Of a stretch of 64,000 bases of DNA, positions 59,809 to 64,000 are shown one piece after another. The notes under the pieces are model-generated. The model was given only the letters and a program-made list of their open reading frames with translations. It had not been told where the DNA came from and made no database searches. This DNA is from Alphaproteobacteria bacterium (lineage in GTDB: Bacteria; Pseudomonadota; Alphaproteobacteria; SP197): contig CBDAUZ010000001.1 of assembly GCA_965200745.1 (NCBI GenBank), positions 370,896 through 434,895 on the forward strand. The letters run 5' to 3'. Numbering within the stretch: the stretch's first letter is position 1; each line of letters begins with the position of its first letter. The translations under genes and the position numbers were made by a program.

Positions 59809-60307
59809 GCCAAAGCATGAACCCCTATGAAATGCTCCGCCGCGAGCGAGTTCGCTTCGTCCAGGGATATGCCGGAACCGGCAAGACCACCATGCTGAAC
59901 CGCGCCTGCGCGATGCTCGAGAAGAAGGGCTACACGGTCCGGGTCCTTGCGCCGTGCATTCCTTCCAGGGACGCACCGTCGACACGGTGATCACCGCCAT
60001 GGAGGCGAAACACCCCAATCTCACCACCCAGCAGATGCTCTATGTCGAGATCAGCCGCGCACGCGACCGCGCCGAATTCGTCACCGACGACAGGGAGCAG
60101 CTCGAAGCCGTCGCCGGCGAGCGCATCGCCGCACTGGAAGCTGTCGGGTCGGAGCGGACCGCAACGCCGGAAGCCCGATCCGATGTGGGCCGCAGCGCCG
60201 GTCGGGAAAGCGGTACGCCAGAATCGCCGGAGAAACACCGGGCGCCGGAACCCGAAATCGGGAAAGCGCACGTTCCGAAGCGCATCGCGCACGATCTCGG
60301 CTTATGA
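59805..60307 (+). pseudogene. Relaxase/helicase (TraA/MobA-like) remnant A: Walker-A fragment fused to C-terminal motif
   Basis: 'VQGYAGTGKTTML' is followed directly, after a frame change, by 'VHSFQGRTVD…MLYVEISRARDRAEFVTDD'. Confidence 0.55.
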
Positions 60308-60329
60308 TGCGGCGCTGCGGGTGCCAGTG

Positions 60330-60362
60330 CAGAACGGAGTAGCATCGGTGCCGTTCTGTTTT
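60330..60362 (+). terminator. Rho-independent terminator
   Basis: 8-bp perfect stem CAGAACGG/CCGTTCTG with a 13-nt loop, followed by TTTT. Confidence 0.55.
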
Positions 60363-60419
60363 GGCAGAACAGATCATCCGATATATTCGTATATAATCCG
60401 ATCTTCGAAGGAGTCCGAT

Positions 60420-60674
60420 ATGGCCTTGGTCAAGAAGAGCATCACTGTAACGGATCGACAGGAGCGGTGGATCAGAACCGTGGTCGCCAGCGGCGAGTAC
60501 GGCAATGACAGCGAATATTTGCGCGATCTGATCCGCCGGGATCAGGAACAGAATGCGCAGTTCCGCGCGTTGAAGCAGGCCATTCAGGACGGTCTGGAGA
60601 GCGGCGTGAGCGACAGGACAGTGAAGGAAGTGTGGGCCGAAGTGGAGCAACGCTATCGCGCGCGGCATGGCTGA
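60420..60674 (+). CDS. parD: ParD-family antitoxin
   Basis: 'MALVKKSITVTDRQERWIRTVVASGEYGNDSEYLRDLIRRDQEQ' is the ParD/CopG signature. Preceded by TATATAAT and AAGGAG. Confidence 0.8.
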   Translation: MALVKKSITVTDRQERWIRTVVASGEYGNDSEYLRDLIRRDQEQNAQFRALKQAIQDGLESGVSDRTVKEVWAEVEQRYRARHG

Positions 60675-60957
60675 CTATCAGCTTTCCTCTCTCGCCGAGG
60701 CCGACCTCGCCGGGATCGCCGACTAAACCATCGAGACCTTCGGCATCGAACAGGCGCGCCGCTATCGCGACGAATTCGATGCGTGCTTCCGAAACCTCGC
60801 GAAGAATCCGCAATCGGGCCGGAACGCCGAACGATTGGCGCCGGGACTGCGGCGCTGGGAGCATCGCTCGCACGTCGTATTCTATACCGAGGACGAACGC
60901 GGAGTTTTGATCGTTCGTATCCTGCACGCGAGGATGGATGCAATCCGTCATTTATGA
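60667..60957 (+). pseudogene. parE: ParE-family toxin with in-frame TAA at codon 20 (60724-60726)
   Basis: 'MADYQLSSLAEADLAGIAD*TIETFGIEQARRYRDEF…VVFYTEDERGVLIVRILHARMD'. TAA replaces the expected Tyr codon of the conserved D-Y-T. Confidence 0.75.
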
Positions 60958-61079
60958 CGGAGGAAGTGGTTGAGGGTCATCGCCCCTACTGTCGCCCTTT
61001 TTGGTCTTGGTGATGGACACGATGAATGCCATTCCGCCCATCATCCACCGTTGCGCGACGACTGTCGGCGACATGAACC

Positions 61080-61565
61080 GCCGAGGTCGCCGCGGTGAGG
61101 GACGGCAAGGTGACGTTCCGGCTGGAGGACGGGCGCAGCCTCGACCTCTACCCCGGCGATCCGCAACTGCGCCAAATCGACCGCGTCTGGGCCTCCACCG
61201 TGCATTCCTTCCAGGGTCGCACCGTCGGCACGGTGATGCCGCCATGGAGGCGAAGCATCCCAATCTCACCACCCAGCAGATGCTCTATGTCGAGATCAGC
61301 CGCGCACGCGACCGCGCCGAATTCGTCACCGACGACAGGGAACCGCTCAGGGAGCAGCTCGAAGCGGCCACCGGAGAGAGGATCGCCGCGCTGGAAGCGG
61401 TCGAGACCGAGCGGGCCTGGGCGCTGGAAGCCTGATCCGATATGGGCCGCAGCGCCGGTCGGGAAAGCGGTGAGCCGAAATCGCCGGAGAAACACCGGGC
61501 GCTGGAAACGGAACACGAGAAGGCCTCGACACCGAAGCGCATCGACCACGATCTCGGTCTGTAAT
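61080..61565 (+). pseudogene. Relaxase/helicase remnant B (direct repeat of remnant A, about 95% identical over about 370 bp)
   Basis: 'GKVTFRLEDGRSLDLYPGDPQLRQIDRVWASTVHSFQGRTVGTV', then a 1-nt deletion frameshift, then 'MEAKHPNLTTQQMLYVEISRARDRAEFVTDD'. Confidence 0.5.
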
Positions 61566-61641
61566 CCGATGCAGGAAACGAGTGTCCACGCGTGAGGCTA
61601 TACGGTCCCTATATGGGACCGTGATACTTTGATAATATACG

Positions 61642-61655
61642 ATATACTAGTATAT
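61642..61655. promoter_or_regulatory. 14-bp perfect palindrome ATATACTAGTATAT overlapping the higB -10/RBS region
   Basis: Read directly. 9 nt upstream of the higB ATG. A 6-bp stem-loop GGTCCC-tatat-GGGACC lies at 61604-61620. Confidence 0.45.
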
Positions 61656-61663
61656 AGGGAGTC

Positions 61664-61957
61664 ATGAGGATCGTAGCCCGGCCCAGGCTGATTGCGTTTG
61701 GGGAGCGCTTTCCGGATGCGAAGGTGCAGCTTGACGCGTGGTGGACCGAGGCCAGGCGCGCGGAGTGGAAAACACCGGCCGACATCAAGGCGCAGTACCG
61801 CAACGCGAGCATCCTCAAGGGCGGGCGCGTGGTTTTCAATATCTGCGGCCACAAGTATCGGCTGGTCGTCCGATTCGACTACGGCAAGGGTATCGGACTT
61901 GTCCGTTTTCTGGGAACTCACAAGGAGTACGACCGAATCAACGCGGAGGAGGTGTGA
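61664..61957 (+). CDS. higB: HigB-family toxin (RelE/ParE superfamily)
   Basis: '…ASILKGGRVVFNICGHKYRLVVRFDYGKGIGLVRFLGTHKEYDRINAEEV' matches the HigB_toxin family. Confidence 0.8.
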   Translation: MRIVARPRLIAFGERFPDAKVQLDAWWTEARRAEWKTPADIKAQYRNASILKGGRVVFNICGHKYRLVVRFDYGKGIGLVRFLGTHKEYDRINAEEV

Positions 61958-63177
61958 TGATGAGCGAATATCGTATCCGGCCAATTCATTCCGAGCAGGA
62001 CTATGTCGATGCTCTCGCCCGCGTTGAAGCGCTCATGGAGATGGATCGCTCATCGGCGGAAGACGACGAGTTTGACGTGCTCGCGACTCTCATCGAGGTC
62101 TACGAGGATCGGCTTTTTCCGATGAATGCACCCGATCCCATCGAAGCGATCAAGTTCCGCATGCATCAGCTCGGGAAGAACCAGAGCGACCTGGCCCCGA
62201 TCTTCGGGAGTCGGGCGAAAGCCTCGGAGGTGCTGAGCGGTAAGCGCGATCTGACCCTGAAGATGATCCGTGCCTTGCATGAGCATCTGGGCATTCCCGC
62301 AGAGGTTCTGATCCGTGACGGTAGGAGCCTGCCAAAGGCTCCTGCCGGGATCGATCTCGACCGCTTTCCCGTCACCGAAATGGCCAAGCGAGGGTGGATC
62401 AAGAAGACGGCGGATATGAAGGACCGCATCGAGGAAATCGTGCAGGAGCTTGTCGCCTGTGCCGGTGGCCGCGAAGCGCTTCCCCAGGCGCTCTTCCGTC
62501 AGGGCGGCGGGGCGCGCGTGAACGCCAGGACCGACCTGCATGCCATGCAGGCGTGGTGTCTCCACATCCTTTGCAAGGCTAGATGCGCGGGGCTTGAGGG
62601 TATCTACGAGTCCGGGACCATAGACCTTGTCTTCCTGCGGGACCTTGCGAGGCTCAGTACCTTCGATGATGGACCGAGGCTTGCCAGGGAGAAGCTCGCG
62701 AAGCATGGCATCGCGTTGGTTGTCGCGGCCCATCTGCCGACGACCTATCTCGATGGCGCCGCGCTCTGGACCATGGAAAAGGTGCCTGTAGTCGGCATGA
62801 CGGTCCGGCATGACCGCCTCGACAATTTCTGGTTCTGTCTTCTGCACGAACTCGCCCATCTCGGGCGCCATTTTCCGGACGGGAATGGAGAGGTCTTCAT
62901 CGACGATCTGCAGCTCCGCGAACGAAACCATGAGCGCGATGACGAGCGTGAGCGCGAAGCTGACGAATGGGCGCAAGAGGCGCTGATCCCGTCGGAGATC
63001 TGGGACGAGCATCCGGCGCAAGACAACCCGAGTGTTCGGAATGTTCTTTCGCTTGCGCGAAAAGCCGATGTGCATCCTGCAATTGTGGCGGGTCGCATCC
63101 GTCACGAGTCGCGCAACTACCGGCTTCTGTCGCAGTTCGTTGGCGCAAGAGAGGTGGGTCCGCTGCTAAGAGCATGA
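61958..63177 (+). CDS. higA: HigA-like HTH antitoxin fused to ImmA/IrrE metallopeptidase domain
   Basis: Start MMSEYRIRP. N-terminal HigA-type region, then a C-terminal domain with 'FWFCLLHELAHLGRH' HEXXH. Confidence 0.7.
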
Positions 63178-63306
63178 ATCATAAATCAATGACTTATGAT
63201 TCATACCCCAACGTGAGAACTGGTCGATTCTGGACCGCCGGAAGTGAGTGGCCTGTGCCGCAATCGCTTGAGGACGATCCGATTAGCGTGGGTATGAATG
63301 TTGCGA

Positions 63307-64000
63307 CTAGGCGTAAAATCCGTCCGGCGCCTTCACATAGTCCCCGAAACTGTCCGGGTCGTGCGAGTAGAACAGTTCCGCATCGTGTTTCTCTGCCAGT
63401 TCCTTCAGCCGGTGCATTGACTGCAGACTGGCGACCGGATCAAGGTGAAAGCTCGAGATGCACATGAGATCCATGTTCTTCTGGCTGTAACAGGCATCTG
63501 CGGTGAACAGCATGGGACGGCGATTGTCGAGTTCCACCATCATGCTGTAATGCCCCGCAGTGTGTCCGGGTGTCTCGAACAGCCACAGGCCTTTCGCGAT
63601 CTCCTGATCTCCTGTCAGGGTTTCGAATTTCGGCGTGTAGATGTCCATTTCCGGGTCACCCTCAGAGGCACCGGTTCCGTCGCGCGCCTGCTCGTGTTCC
63701 GGCGAGAAACTGAGATCCGAGTAGCCGAGATGCTCGAAAGGCTGATAGCACGAGCATGCCTCGAGTTCCTTTGCGTGGCAGAGGGTACACGCTTCGGTCA
63801 GGTATTTGTTTCCACCGCAATGATCAAAGTGGTAGTGCGAATTGATCACATAATTGATGTCGCCAGGCCGGAGCCCGAGCAGTGCAAGAGAGCCGGGGAT
63901 TGTCTGTTCAGGTGTCTGGATCGGTTTTTCGAACGGCAGGACCTTCATGACATGATCGTAATCGTAGCCGGTGTCGAACAGGTACAGGCCGTCCTTGTGT
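63307..64000 (-). CDS. MBL-fold metallo-hydrolase (AHL-lactonase-like), 5' end beyond window
   Basis: 'HYHFDHCGGN' HxHxDH motif. The ORF continues past 63948 to the window edge. Confidence 0.6.
   Translation of the reverse strand, partial: HKDGLYLFDTGYDYDHVMKVLPFEKPIQTPEQTIPGSLALLGLRPGDINYVINSHYHFDHCGGNKYLTEACTLCHAKELEACSCYQPFEHLGYSDLSFSPEHEQARDGTGASEGDPEMDIYTPKFETLTGDQEIAKGLWLFETPGHTAGHYSMMVELDNRRPMLFTADACYSQKNMDLMCISSFHLDPVASLQSMHRLKELAEKHDAELFYSHDPDSFGDYVKAPDGFYA

Noticed and set aside
1-64000. CRISPR arrays, tRNA or rRNA genes
   Set aside because: No regularly spaced direct repeats, no T-loop/cloverleaf candidates and no rRNA-like conserved stretches were seen on reading both strands.

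Overview
This is a high-GC, alphaproteobacterial-like chromosomal segment that reads as an accessory or decaying island sitting between housekeeping blocks. Gene calls rest on motifs recognised by eye in the translated ORFs, on paralogy within the window, and on repeat structure. No database searches were run.

Layout, 5' to 3':
- 1-16.7 kb: GNAT acetyltransferase, a degenerate IS3-family remnant, the hipBA toxin-antitoxin pair, an MFS transporter, a UbiH-like monooxygenase, amidase, EamA transporter, aminotransferase, ftsK, a TauE/SafE exporter with its alphaproteobacterial TIGR02186-like partner, UspA, NifU-like protein and a Bax/glucosaminidase protein.
- 16.9-22.9 kb: an intact three-gene NHLM-type (nitrile-hydratase-leader microcin) export operon on the minus strand: HlyD, then a C39-peptidase ABC transporter, then a cNMP-domain ABC transporter.
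- 22.9-32.2 kb: a heavily rearranged region. It holds two identical IS5-family copies with perfect 3-bp duplications, a second orphan HlyD paralog, an M20 (AbgB-like) amidohydrolase gene split by IS copy 2 and also truncated at its 3' end, an uncharacterised 360-aa ORF, a textbook NHLP leader-peptide precursor and a 2.3-kb IS4/Tn5-like element. Upstream of that element lies a Dam-like methyltransferase remnant.
- 32.4-51.8 kb: secreted hypothetical, polysaccharide deacetylase, D-Ala-D-Ala dipeptidase, a cobalamin riboswitch followed by cobU-cobW-cobN-cobO-cobQ, then cobD and cbiX, and a gentisate-dioxygenase catabolic cluster.
- 52-63.2 kb: a degraded mobile or defence island with AbiEi/AbiEii, ParDE, HigB/HigA toxin-antitoxin pairs, remnants of opp, hsdS and a relaxase, an IS remnant, and a tightly coupled operon of a HEPN-like protein, an HTH-ImmA peptidase and a DUF4411 protein.
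- 63.3 kb to the window end: a partial MBL-fold lactonase-like gene.

The most interesting part is the precursor. It has a 78-residue NHLP leader ending in GG, but its core (FFSGGGGSFTSRINIW) is Cys-free, Gly- and aromatic-rich, and is encoded partly by a 9-G homopolymer. No known RiPP maturase is nearby. Its only neighbours are the unknown 360-aa protein and an M20 amidohydrolase.

No rRNA, tRNA or CRISPR was seen.
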